Shown here piece after piece: positions 9,606-18,857 of a stretch of 64,000 nt of DNA. Both the position numbers and the translations under genes were made by a program. This stretch comes from a virus: the IMG/VR virus record IMGVR_UViG_3300003316_000274, positions 1-64,000 of that record, one strand, 5' to 3'. Each line of letters starts with the position of its first letter. Within the stretch, counting starts at the first letter, position 1. The notes under the pieces were generated by a model. The model had not been told where the DNA came from. It ran no database searches and saw only the letters and a program-made list of their open reading frames with translations.

Positions 9606-12600
9606 TACCGCTGAGTCCAGACGACGGCGGTCTGGCCGCCGATGGCGTCGATCGAGTTCGGGCCGGTCAGCGCATTGTCGTCGTCGACTGACCATGTCGC
9701 GGTGTAGCCGGCCGGGAGGCCGTTCATCGCGGTGGCGTTGCTGTCGACCACGTTGGCCGTCCCGGACAGGACGGTGAGGGTGACGCTGGTCAAGGTACCC
9801 ACGACGTCCGCCCCGGGCGTCCACGGCGCGTCGGCATCGGCGATGAGCCGTCCCTGCGCGGTGAGGGTGCGCACCGTGTCGTCCGACGGGCACGGCACGA
9901 TGTTGGCCTGTGTGATGGCCGTGCCGGTGACCGCGTCGATGAGGCTGATGGTCCCGTTGGGATTGCGGATCGCCGCGTAGGTGCCACTGCCGGTGTTTGT
10001 ACACCCCGAGCCAACCTGCACCGGGCAGCAGTCGGAGCAGACGCCCACGGTCCCGGTCGGGTTGTACGCGGCGCCGGCCAGGGTGAGGTTCGTCGTGGTC
10101 GTGACCGCGCCGGTCGTGGAGTTGAAGGTGAACCGGCGGATGAACGGGGTGCTGACCCCGGCCCCGGAGACGTCGCAGAGGACTTCCTCCGTGAAGTCGA
10201 AGTCGGTCGCCACCTGCGTGGTGCAGACTGCCACGGCGCCGACCGGCGCGAACGCGGCGCCCGCCAGGGTGGTGTCGGTGAAGCCCAGGACCACGCCGGA
10301 GGTCGCGTCGTACCGGTAGGAGCGCAGGAACCGGGTGCCATTGGCGTCGCAGAGGATCGAGGTCTCGACGTCGCGGTTCTCGCAGAGCTGCACCGTCCCG
10401 GTCGGGGCGTACGCCGCGCCGGCGAGGGTGTAGTTGCTGACGCCGGTGACCGCCCCGGTGGAGTCGCGGCGCACGTCGCGGATGAACGCGGTCGTCGTGC
10501 CGTTGGCCGCCACGTCGCAGAGGATCACGAGGTCCTGCTCCGGCAGGGCCTCGACCACCGGGCACGTCGAGACCGCCCCGACCGGGGCGAAGGCCGCACC
10601 GGCGAGGGTCCGATCCGTGAAGCCGGAGACGATGCCGGCCGCGTCGTAGGCGTACGTGCGCAGGAACCGCGCCCCGGTGCTGTCGCACAGGACCTCCGAC
10701 TCGGCGTCGGCCCGGTCCACGGAGCTGGCGCACACGCCGACCGTGCCAGTCGGCGCGTACGGGGCACCGGCCAGGGTGTAGTTCGTGAAGCCGATGACGG
10801 CGCCGTTCTCGTCCCTCCGGTAGTCCCGGACGAATGGGGTCGCCACGCCGGCGTTGACGTCGCACAGGACGACGATGTCCTGCTCCGGCTGGTCGGCCCC
10901 GGCCGGGCAGGTCGTGACCGTGCCGACCGGGACGTACGTCGCCCCGGTGGTGGCGTTGACCAGGCGTACGGACTCGATCGTGCCGTCAGCGGCGTAGTGG
11001 TACTCGATGAGGACGAGGCCCTGGACGTCCCCGTCGCCATCCACATCGCAGAACGTCCCGGACACCTGCACCGACTGGGAGGTGCTGCACGACATCGCTC
11101 CGGCCGGCGGCGGCCCGGCGGTGAACGCGCCGGTGAGCAGGTTGATCCATCCGTCCTGGGTGAGGACGCCGGTGTCGCAGTCGCGGCGGGCGACCACCCC
11201 GATCGGGGTTCCGTCGGCGAGGCATAGGCCGGTCATCGTGACCGGGTCGCAGACCTCCGCGCACGGCACGATGGTGAAGCCGTCGGCGGTCGGGTCGAGG
11301 AAGTTCCCCAGCGCGTCGAAGAACGCGATCCCGTTCGGCGTGACCGGGGTGTTCGGGATCGAGTCCTGATGCCGCGCCCAACCCGCATGGAGCTCCACGC
11401 CGGTCGACGTCAGCGTGTAGCAGATGGCCTCCCGGTCGGCGCTATCCGGCTCGCACAGCGCGACGGGGCCGACCGGCACGTAGACCGTGGAGCCGTCCAG
11501 CTCGAAGTCCCACAGGCTCGTGCTGACATCGGCGATCGGGCTGCCGAGGTACCGGCGGATGAACTGGTGCCCGCCGTTGCCCTGGTCGCACAGCACCTCT
11601 TCGTAGTACGAGTTCTCCGGGCAGGTCACGATCAGCGGGAACGGGGTGACCTCGACACCGGACTGGTTGTAGACGTGGGCGCCGCCCTCGGCGTCGCGGA
11701 CGAGGAACCCGCGGGCCGACCCGGTGGGGCCCGGGACGGAATAGCAGATCTCCCCGAGGGTGACATCGCCGCCGCAGGTGCCGACCTCTCCGACCGGGGT
11801 GTACGCCGCGCCGGCCAGCGTGAAGTCGCCCTGTGACTTGATCTGTGGCCGGTCGGTGTCGTCGGTCGTCTGCACGTACTTGCGCAGGAAGGGGCCGTTG
11901 TCGTCGCACAGCACCTGGTCCTGCATGAACGCGGTGTCGGTGCAGGACCCGATGAGGTAGGTCGTAGGCGTCTCCACCGGACCGCCGTCCGGCCCGATGA
12001 AGCTGTCCGCGAGCACGCCGCCGGAGGGGTCGGTGATGACGACCCGCTGGAGGTTGGTGCGGACGCCGCCGATGGTCGCGCACACGGGGTAGGTGTGCAC
12101 GAGGTTCGCGGCGACGGAGCCGCCTCCTTCCCCCGATGCCGTCGCCGGGCACGAGCCGGGGACCGGTGCCGGAGCCTGGCCCCAAAACGCCGAGTTCGTC
12201 AGGATCTCGCTGGTCTCCGCGTTCTGCCACGACTCGATGCGGCCGGCCTCGCAGATCGGCGACCACAGCTCGTCCTGGCACACGGTGGTGGTCTCGTCCA
12301 CGGTGACGACGCAGGTGTCATCGTCCGTGGTCGCGGTGGCGCGCTGGTTCGGCCTGTCGACGTAGGCCCTCATGTCCGTGAACAGCCCACCACGGGCGCC
12401 ACCGGCCGGGTTGTTCGTGGACAGCGCCAGCGTGTACGTCTGGCCGCTCACCAGCGGGATCGTCTGGTTGAACGTCGTCCAGGGGCCACCGTTGTAGACG
12501 ACACCGACGTTGTTCGTGGTGTTGTCGATCAGGGTGCCGTTCTGGGCGTCGCCCGTGTCGCCGCTGTCCAGGGTGATGCGGTGGTTCTCGCCGGGGTCAC

Positions 12601-14590
12601 GGGCGCCGTGGACGATCCGGATGATGAAGTCGGCCGAGGCCGGTGCCTGGAACGTCTGCCAGATGGTCGAGCGCCCGCCGGGCGGCGGCCCGTCGGACGT
12701 GACCTCCTGTACCGGGGTACCGCGAGGGGTGGGCGTGACACCCCCGGCGACGTCATGGCCCCAGATCTCGAAGGTCCGGCCGACGTCGTTGGTCTCCCAG
12801 CCGCGGTTGGCCACGTTGGTGCAGTTGGCGCGTCCGGCTGGCGGGTTGCCGGGGAACGGGCCGGGGTCGTCCTGGCGCGCCAGCAGGTGGTAGCCGTAGT
12901 TGCCGTCGGCGACCGGCGGGTTCAACGGCGGCGTCTCGTTGTACGCCGGGTTGATGACCATGTCCTGGCCACCGTTGTAGATCAGCTCGATCAGGTCCGG
13001 CGGGGACTGGTCCAGCCGGATGCACTCGATGTGGATCTGCATCGGCGCGGCGGTGCCGCAGATCGTCTGGCCCGCGTTGGGGTTCGTGATCGTGACTGTG
13101 GCCGCCGCCGGGACGCGACCCTCGATGAAGGTAGTGAGGTTCTGCCGGAACTTCTCGCCGTCCGGGTCGTCAACCTCCCAGGTGATGTTGGCGGCGTTCG
13201 TGACCTGGTCGACCTGCAAGCTCTGGACCGCGAAGCCCGGGTTGATCGGGAGGACCAGGTCGTACTGCCGGCCGGGGTGGTCGACCGGGCCCGTCGCCGT
13301 GGTGGTGCGGTGGAACGCGACGGGCGCCAGACAGCCGGTCTCGCCGGGGCACGGCATGAGGGTGCCCTGCGCCACGTACGGGTCGCCCGTCGCCGGGTCC
13401 ACGAAGGTCGGCGCGCCGGTCGGCGCGCCCGTGGCGTCGTACTCGTAGACGGCCAGGGCGGTACCTGCGATCGTCCCGTCGGAGAGGGTGTCGCAGAGGA
13501 GTGTCTGCTCGACGTCGACCGCGTCCGCTCCGGCGCCGCCCGCGTCGCAGGGCTGGGGGTCGAAGGGCGGCGGGGTGGCCGGGTCGGTGGTGAAGGTGCA
13601 TTCCGCAGACGCGTCGACAACGTTGTCGACCTGGTCGCGGACCTCGGTGCGGAAGTAGAACGTCGTCCCCGGGGCGAGGCCGCCGAAGACGTGGTTGACC
13701 GTCTGGCCCGGCAGCGTGGTGCCGGGCTGAGCCGGGGACTGCGCGACCGTGTACGGGCCTCCCGGAGCAGTGGCGAGAACGAGGCGCAGAGAGTGGTCCA
13801 GAGGCACGCCGTCAGCCGTACCGGACACGGCGGCCGTGGTGTCCGTGATGAGCGCCGGGTTGGCTGGCGTGGAGCACTGCGGGTTGAAGTCGGCAGGCTC
13901 CTCGGCGAGCGTGGTGAACGACTGCTCCGGCGACGTGTAGTACAGGCTCCCCGTGTTGTCGAACAGCCGGGCACGCCAGTAGATCTGAGTGTTCGACGGC
14001 AGACCGCTGAGAGTGGTCGACGGAGACAGGGAGTTGACGTCAGCAATCGGGGTGGAGCTGTACGGGCCGCCGGGCGTCGTCGACCAGTCCCAGATGACCT
14101 GATCGCTTTCGCAGCCGGTAGGTACGATGATCGTCTGACCCGAGTTACCGAGGAGCACGTCCGCCGAGCTGGTCGTGATGTTGCTGGCGAACTGTGAGAA
14201 CGTCGTGGGCATGGGGTCCGTGGAGAACGGCACGGCCCACCGGTCGACCTCGACGGCGCCGGGGTCACGCAGGACGATCTCCACCTCGTAGTTCATACCC
14301 GGAGTCAGCGCACCCGGCTGGCCGGCAGGCGCGCCGATGCCGTAGATCGTGGACGTGAGACCGCCCGGAGAGCCCGGGTTGGTGCGAGGGTTGCACTCGT
14401 AGACGGTCGTCGTGGTGGCCAGCGTGTACGGGCCGCCCACGGGACCGATGTTGGTCTCAATCGTGTACGAGCCGACCTGGCCGGTGTTCCACGGCGGGTT
14501 GTTGGCGTCGTACTGAAGCTCGATGCGCGTCCATGTCCGCTGCGTGAGCGGAAACACGATGTTCTGGATGTAGCCGTTCGGCGAGGGCAC
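9605..14590 (-). CDS. giant (1661 aa) tail or host-recognition protein with FN3-like N-terminal modules and Cys-bracketed ~47-aa repeats
   Basis: ORF 9605..14590. GTG start 6 nt after GGAG. Repeat units follow the pattern LCD..F(I/L)R....G.V.GF...TLAGAAYAP(T/V)G(T/A)V..C. Confidence 0.9.
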   Translation of the reverse strand: MPSPNGYIQNIVFPLTQRTWTRIELQYDANNPPWNTGQVGSYTIETNIGPVGGPYTLATTTTVYECNPRTNPGSPGGLTSTIYGIGAPAGQPGALTPGMNYEVEIVLRDPGAVEVDRWAVPFSTDPMPTTFSQFASNITTSSADVLLGNSGQTIIVPTGCESDQVIWDWSTTPGGPYSSTPIADVNSLSPSTTLSGLPSNTQIYWRARLFDNTGSLYYTSPEQSFTTLAEEPADFNPQCSTPANPALITDTTAAVSGTADGVPLDHSLRLVLATAPGGPYTVAQSPAQPGTTLPGQTVNHVFGGLAPGTTFYFRTEVRDQVDNVVDASAECTFTTDPATPPPFDPQPCDAGGAGADAVDVEQTLLCDTLSDGTIAGTALAVYEYDATGAPTGAPTFVDPATGDPYVAQGTLMPCPGETGCLAPVAFHRTTTATGPVDHPGRQYDLVLPINPGFAVQSLQVDQVTNAANITWEVDDPDGEKFRQNLTTFIEGRVPAAATVTITNPNAGQTICGTAAPMQIHIECIRLDQSPPDLIELIYNGGQDMVINPAYNETPPLNPPVADGNYGYHLLARQDDPGPFPGNPPAGRANCTNVANRGWETNDVGRTFEIWGHDVAGGVTPTPRGTPVQEVTSDGPPPGGRSTIWQTFQAPASADFIIRIVHGARDPGENHRITLDSGDTGDAQNGTLIDNTTNNVGVVYNGGPWTTFNQTIPLVSGQTYTLALSTNNPAGGARGGLFTDMRAYVDRPNQRATATTDDDTCVVTVDETTTVCQDELWSPICEAGRIESWQNAETSEILTNSAFWGQAPAPVPGSCPATASGEGGGSVAANLVHTYPVCATIGGVRTNLQRVVITDPSGGVLADSFIGPDGGPVETPTTYLIGSCTDTAFMQDQVLCDDNGPFLRKYVQTTDDTDRPQIKSQGDFTLAGAAYTPVGEVGTCGGDVTLGEICYSVPGPTGSARGFLVRDAEGGAHVYNQSGVEVTPFPLIVTCPENSYYEEVLCDQGNGGHQFIRRYLGSPIADVSTSLWDFELDGSTVYVPVGPVALCEPDSADREAICYTLTSTGVELHAGWARHQDSIPNTPVTPNGIAFFDALGNFLDPTADGFTIVPCAEVCDPVTMTGLCLADGTPIGVVARRDCDTGVLTQDGWINLLTGAFTAGPPPAGAMSCSTSQSVQVSGTFCDVDGDGDVQGLVLIEYHYAADGTIESVRLVNATTGATYVPVGTVTTCPAGADQPEQDIVVLCDVNAGVATPFVRDYRRDENGAVIGFTNYTLAGAPYAPTGTVGVCASSVDRADAESEVLCDSTGARFLRTYAYDAAGIVSGFTDRTLAGAAFAPVGAVSTCPVVEALPEQDLVILCDVAANGTTTAFIRDVRRDSTGAVTGVSNYTLAGAAYAPTGTVQLCENRDVETSILCDANGTRFLRSYRYDATSGVVLGFTDTTLAGAAFAPVGAVAVCTTQVATDFDFTEEVLCDVSGAGVSTPFIRRFTFNSTTGAVTTTTNLTLAGAAYNPTGTVGVCSDCCPVQVGSGCTNTGSGTYAAIRNPNGTISLIDAVTGTAITQANIVPCPSDDTVRTLTAQGRLIADADAPWTPGADVVGTLTSVTLTVLSGTANVVDSNATAMNGLPAGYTATWSVDDDNALTGPNSIDAIGGQTAVVWTQR

Positions 14591-14593
14591 GAC

Positions 14594-15079
14594 CTACTCC
14601 TCTGCTGCGGGATGCTTGGCGCGGCGGTGCGTGGCCAGACCGCGGGCAGTGGCGTACGGGTTACCGCAGACGTCGCACACGAACGGCGCTTCGTCGGCGG
14701 GGCTGTCGTCCAGCGGGGCAAAGTCCTGCGGGCCGGGCGGGGAGCCAGCCGAGGCGGTGCACTCGGGATACGGGTGGACCTCCTCATCTTCCTCCATGAA
14801 GCACAGGCCGCAGTCCAGCAGCCGAGCCCCGTCCGGCGTGGCCGGCACCCCCTCCACGCCGTCCGCCTCCTGGTCCTCGTCCTTGAGCGGGGAGACATAC
14901 ACGTGGCCGTCGACGAGTGCGCCGACAAGGACCCCGTCAGGCGCCAGGCCGAACAGGTCCGCGGGGACGGCGAACTCGGTCGACGAAACGGTGCGGATGC
15001 GGCTGGACTGGCCGGTCGCCCAGCGGGCGAAGTCACGGCGCTGCTGCGGCGCCGGACGGACGTGGATCGGCCGTGCCAT
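14594..15079 (-). CDS. small acidic protein with C-terminal C2H2-type zinc-finger motif
   Basis: Start MARPIHVRP within ORF 14594..15787. The ATG shares 1 nt with the upstream stop. Motif is FVCDVCGNPYATARGLATHRRAKH (C-x2-C-x12-H-x4-H). Confidence 0.7.
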   Translation of the reverse strand: MARPIHVRPAPQQRRDFARWATGQSSRIRTVSSTEFAVPADLFGLAPDGVLVGALVDGHVYVSPLKDEDQEADGVEGVPATPDGARLLDCGLCFMEEDEEVHPYPECTASAGSPPGPQDFAPLDDSPADEAPFVCDVCGNPYATARGLATHRRAKHPAAEE

Positions 15080-15933
15080 CACGGGCACACGGTCAAATCG
15101 ATGCGGACCGCGGCCGACTTGCAGCACGCGCGCTCCACTACGTATGTGATCTCCGCGAGGGCGGCCCGGTCGTTGGTGCGGTATGCGACGCCGCCCGCTT
15201 CTTCCGGGGGCAGCGGCTCGACGGGGCCGCGGCGTACTCGGATCGGCGGGGTCGCGTACAGCCACGCCTCGCCGGGCTCCGGGACGGTGCAGTCCGGAGG
15301 CCCGACGTTCACGCTGTACCCGGCGCCGATGACCACTCCGTTGCCCACGAGGGTGCGCAGGCAGGCGTCCGCGTTGTCGCATGCGCAGTCCGCGGGGAAC
15401 GCCAGACGTCCGTGGGACAGCAGCGCCCCGGCTCCCACGGGCGCGTGGATCAGGCCGGCGCCGCCGTATTCGTCGCCGAGCCATGTCTCCAGGACGCCGA
15501 GGGCCTGCACGACCGACAGCGGGCCTGCCGCTGGGGTGAGGTCGCTGGCTTCGGAGCACAGGATCTCGCGCATGAACCACGACTCCAGCGCCCGGGAGGC
15601 GCCCAGGCGTAGCGTCTCCGATGCGTGCTGGAGGGATTCCTCGTAGCTCCATCCGAAGGTGGAGCATTCGACTCCGGCGTACACGGTGACCGGGTCCGCG
15701 GGACACCAGCCGATCCGCTCGAACGTCTTGCGGGGCACTTCGCCGCCGCCGGGCGGGCACCAGGTGGTGTCGTGGGTGTCCGTGCACGACAGCTCGGGGT
15801 GTTCGGTGCCGTTCAGCTGGTGGGTGTCTGTGGCATCGACGACTTCGGTGCAGCCGCCGAGGAGGCCGTGAGGCAGCGGCGTGCCCCTGACGGCCTCCAC
15901 GTGGGCGCGCAGTCGGGGATGGGGCATGGTCAC
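15079..15933 (-). CDS. Cys-rich tail-module protein
   Basis: ORF 15079..15933. Start could be the GTG at 15933 or the ATG at 15927 (5 nt after AAGGAAGG). Confidence 0.75.
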   Translation of the reverse strand: MTMPHPRLRAHVEAVRGTPLPHGLLGGCTEVVDATDTHQLNGTEHPELSCTDTHDTTWCPPGGGEVPRKTFERIGWCPADPVTVYAGVECSTFGWSYEESLQHASETLRLGASRALESWFMREILCSEASDLTPAAGPLSVVQALGVLETWLGDEYGGAGLIHAPVGAGALLSHGRLAFPADCACDNADACLRTLVGNGVVIGAGYSVNVGPPDCTVPEPGEAWLYATPPIRVRRGPVEPLPPEEAGGVAYRTNDRAALAEITYVVERACCKSAAVRIDLTVCP

Positions 15934-15973
15934 CTTCCTTACGGCGGGGTAATCCGGGGTGAGTTTAATCGTG

Positions 15974-16264
15974 TCAGTTGCGGGTGTGGCCGGACATCAT
16001 GCGGGCGGTTTCGTCTGATACGCCCAAGGCCTTCATTTCCTCGTAGGCGGCTTCCGCAGCCGCTTCGCGGGCCTCTTCGGCGGCCTGGCGTGCCGCCTCC
16101 TTAGCGGCCAGCCGGGCGAGCCGGTCCGCGTCCCACTGTGCGTGACTGATGGGCGCGGCCGTCTTGGGCACGGTGAGGGGGATGCCCTCGCCCTGCTTGA
16201 CGCCGGTGCTGCCGTCCGGGAAGCGGTAGAACACCGCCGGGATGCCAGGCCTGTATTCGTACAT
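15974..16264 (-). CDS. small hypothetical protein with helical A/E-rich C-terminus
   Basis: Start MYEYRPGIPAVFY within ORF 15974..16333. Confidence 0.6.
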   Translation of the reverse strand: MYEYRPGIPAVFYRFPDGSTGVKQGEGIPLTVPKTAAPISHAQWDADRLARLAAKEAARQAAEEAREAAAEAAYEEMKALGVSDETARMMSGHTRN

Positions 16265-16274
16265 GTCGCGCTCC

Positions 16275-17114
16275 TTACACGGCCGCGTAGGCGATGGCAC
16301 GGATACCTGTGCTGATCGCGTCGTAGGTGGCACCGCCCGATCCCTCGCCGAGCTGGACGTCCAGCGGAATGATCACGGAGCCGCCGGCCGCGATGACGCC
16401 GACGGAGGTGATGTTGGTCTGGATGCTGATGTTGCCGATATCGCCGCCGCCGGTGTGCCGGTAGAGGAACTGGCGGTCGTTGTTGATGCGGTAGGCAGCC
16501 GAGCCGTTCGCCGGAATCCGGAAGTCGACGTCCGCCGACAGAAGCGCGAAGAACCGCATCTGCCGGCACGGGTCAGGATTGTTCAGGGTCACCGACGTGG
16601 AGAAGATCGTCGTCGCGGCCGGAGCGGGGACGGCAAGGTCCGCGTAGGTCTGGCCGGTGAACTGGGACACGACATCACCGTGGTACGCGGGATCGGCGAC
16701 AAGCTGACCGTCCCCGCGGCAGTACACACCCCTGGCCTGGGTGTCGATGTCACACGCGAACGGCCACGTGGCCGTGTTCACCGCGAGCGGCGAGCCGGCC
16801 GAGCCATCGCCCTCCAGGCCGCACCCGGTTGCCACCGTGGCACCCTGGGCCGGTACGTACAGGCAGTTGTCCGAACCGAGGACCAAGTTGTTGCCCGCGT
16901 CCCCGCTCACGCACGCCTGGATCACGCCGGTGGTGCTGTTGTACGTGACACCCGAGCCGGCGGACAGGCAGGCCCGCACGGCCGAGCAGTCCGGCGCGTC
17001 GGCCGAGACGATGTATGGGTTGGCCGGCGACCCGGAGCCAGTGACCGTAGTACCTGTCCCCGCCTGGACCACGCACTGGCACCCGGTCGAATCCCCACAC
17101 TGACAGCGCGCCAA
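16275..17114 (-). CDS. minor tail protein
   Basis: ORF 16275..17114. TTG start 7 nt after AGGAGG. G/T/S-rich with a Cys-rich N-terminus (MARCQCGDSTGCQC). Confidence 0.8.
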   Translation of the reverse strand: MARCQCGDSTGCQCVVQAGTGTTVTGSGSPANPYIVSADAPDCSAVRACLSAGSGVTYNSTTGVIQACVSGDAGNNLVLGSDNCLYVPAQGATVATGCGLEGDGSAGSPLAVNTATWPFACDIDTQARGVYCRGDGQLVADPAYHGDVVSQFTGQTYADLAVPAPAATTIFSTSVTLNNPDPCRQMRFFALLSADVDFRIPANGSAAYRINNDRQFLYRHTGGGDIGNISIQTNITSVGVIAAGGSVIIPLDVQLGEGSGGATYDAISTGIRAIAYAAV

Positions 17115-17136
17115 CTTGCCACCTCCTAAAGGGAGT

Positions 17137-17868
17137 TCAGAAGTACAGATCCAGGATTACGATTCCGGCCCTGCCTGCGGCACCAGCCTGGGCCGTGTTG
17201 AACGACACCGGGCCGCCCCCTCCGCCGCCCGGCCCGGGGCCCACCTGACCAGTCGCCTGGAAGCCGACGGAGCGCCCTCCGTGCCCCAGCAGCGAACTGC
17301 CGCCGCGGCCGGACGACGCCTCCGTACCGGAGAGCCGGAATCCTCCCTCTCCCGGGTCGCCGCCTGACACGATGTCGCCTGTCCCGGCGGCTGGTCCCGG
17401 CGGTCCGGACCCGACATCGGCGACCGTTCCAGCGGCCTGGAGCGCATTGCCCGAGAAGCCCCCGTTGGCGATGGCGAAGCTGCCGAAGGAGGAGGCGCCA
17501 CCGTCGCCCCCCGGGCCGTTGTTGGCCGCCCCGGCCGTTCCCCCGGCGCCCACCGTCACGTTGACGATGCCGGCCATCTGGGACCGCTGGACGAGCGTCT
17601 CCGCATACCCTCCGGACGACCCACCGGGCCGGGCGATGGCCTGCCCGGCAGGAGCCGACGCCCCGGACGATCCGCCTCCTCCACCGACCATGCGGGCGTT
17701 GACGCGCTGGAGGTTGGGATAGTCGGTCGGATCGAATTGGAACGTGCCCGGCGTCGAGAACACGAGCCTCTGGCGCAGCCCCAGATTGCTGCGGTTGATG
17801 CACAGCTGTCCCGTGTCCTCGGACACCGTGAAGTCGTCAGTGCACACGCATGCAGTCGCGATGGCCAA
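17137..17868 (-). CDS. glycine-rich minor tail protein
   Basis: ORF 17137..18021, but codons upstream of 17868 are GC3-poor. A TTG at 17868 follows GGAGG with a short spacer. Long GGxGG tracts, as in actinophage glycine-rich tail proteins. The start is uncertain. Confidence 0.7.
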   Translation of the reverse strand: MAIATACVCTDDFTVSEDTGQLCINRSNLGLRQRLVFSTPGTFQFDPTDYPNLQRVNARMVGGGGGSSGASAPAGQAIARPGGSSGGYAETLVQRSQMAGIVNVTVGAGGTAGAANNGPGGDGGASSFGSFAIANGGFSGNALQAAGTVADVGSGPPGPAAGTGDIVSGGDPGEGGFRLSGTEASSGRGGSSLLGHGGRSVGFQATGQVGPGPGGGGGGPVSFNTAQAGAAGRAGIVILDLYF

Positions 17869-18030
17869 CCCTCCTAAACAAAGTGCTGACGCCGTTCCCG
17901 CAGGCAGCGTCAAAGCTGCGCGGCAACATCGTCGCGGAAAGTTGACGGCCGTCAAAAAGCCGACATACACGACGATACCCCGCCCCCACGCCTGTTCTGC
18001 GGGACGAGTGCCGGGGCACAAGGCGTGATC

Positions 18031-18360
18031 TCAGTCCTTCGTGGTCATCCAGAAGTTCGCCCACGCCTGGGCGCCGGCGACCGCCCACGCCTCGATCAGG
18101 TGCACCCACACCGGCGCGTCGTGCCAGCGGCCAGACGTGGCGAGATACACGGCAACCGTGACCGCGGACAGCCAGAATCCGATGCAGAACGGGCACGACA
18201 GCAGGGTCACCCAGAACGTGCGCCAGGAAGAGGTGGGCTTGTCGGCGAACCAGTTGTTGAGGCGCTCGCGGAAACGGTCGAGCAGGGAGTCCGCAGTGAC
18301 GAAGCGTGTGGCGCGCGCTGCGGCGAAGGCCAGAATGATGAACTCGGTGAGAGTGAGCAC
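18031..18360 (-). CDS. integral membrane protein, DUF1360-like
   Basis: ORF 18031..18360 with 3 hydrophobic segments and the SCPFCIGFW motif recalled from DUF1360. Confidence 0.75.
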   Translation of the reverse strand: MLTLTEFIILAFAAARATRFVTADSLLDRFRERLNNWFADKPTSSWRTFWVTLLSCPFCIGFWLSAVTVAVYLATSGRWHDAPVWVHLIEAWAVAGAQAWANFWMTTKD

Positions 18361-18376
18361 GTGGGATCCCGTCTGG

Positions 18377-18856
18377 TCAGGCTCGTACAGGCGTCGCGGT
18401 CAAGTGCACGTCGATGTCCGCTCCGGCAAGTGCCACTGCGGCCACGCCCGGTGCGGCCTCGGCAGGAGCGCGCCATACTCGCACCGTCACTGCGGCCTGG
18501 GTCACCGTCTCGATGACGGCGAACAGTGCGACGCCGGTCGAGGTGTCATCGTTCTGTACGGTCGCGGCTACCACGGGAACGGAGGAGAACGCCTCGCTGT
18601 AGGTCCACGACGCGCGTCCGTCCGCGTCCGTGACGGCGATGGCCGCCCGCGTCTCCGGCCCAGGATCGCCAAGCGCGTCTGGGAACTCCGGCAGGACGGA
18701 AGAAGCCGCCTCGTCAGGTGCTGCCGGTTCCGTGCCGTCCTGCGGCGCCGCAGCCGCCCTACGGCGCCCTTTGCGGGTCTGCCGTACCGCATCCCGCATC
18801 ACGCCCGCCATCGGGTTGCCAGGCACCCGCCATGCGCCACCACCGCGCCGAGCCAT
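18377..18856 (-). CDS. hypothetical tail-module protein
   Basis: ORF 18377..18856, directly downstream of the 18858 gene. Confidence 0.6.
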   Translation of the reverse strand: MARRGGGAWRVPGNPMAGVMRDAVRQTRKGRRRAAAAPQDGTEPAAPDEAASSVLPEFPDALGDPGPETRAAIAVTDADGRASWTYSEAFSSVPVVAATVQNDDTSTGVALFAVIETVTQAAVTVRVWRAPAEAAPGVAAVALAGADIDVHLTATPVRA

Positions 18857-18857
18857 C

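Noticed and set aside
9606-10865. Upstream 420 aa of ORF 9003..10865.
   Set aside because: It is an R/G/H/P-rich shadow of the giant tail gene. Real coding starts at the GTG at 9605, which overlaps the giant gene's TAG.
9990-11050. Repeats in the giant tail gene as the template/variable repeat pair of a diversity-generating retroelement.
   Set aside because: There is no reverse transcriptase in the window. The repeats are in-frame protein modules with divergence spread over all base types, not a near-identical TR/VR pair with adenine-specific differences.
12095-14197. Long + strand ORFs opposite the minus-strand genes (for example 12095..14197, 23481..25628, 32134..34272, 58644..60665, 8090..8821).
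   Set aside because: They are Arg/Gly/Pro/Ala-rich, low-complexity translations typical of shadow frames in high-GC DNA. They have poor GC3 periodicity compared with the overlapping minus-strand frames, which give recognisable phage proteins.
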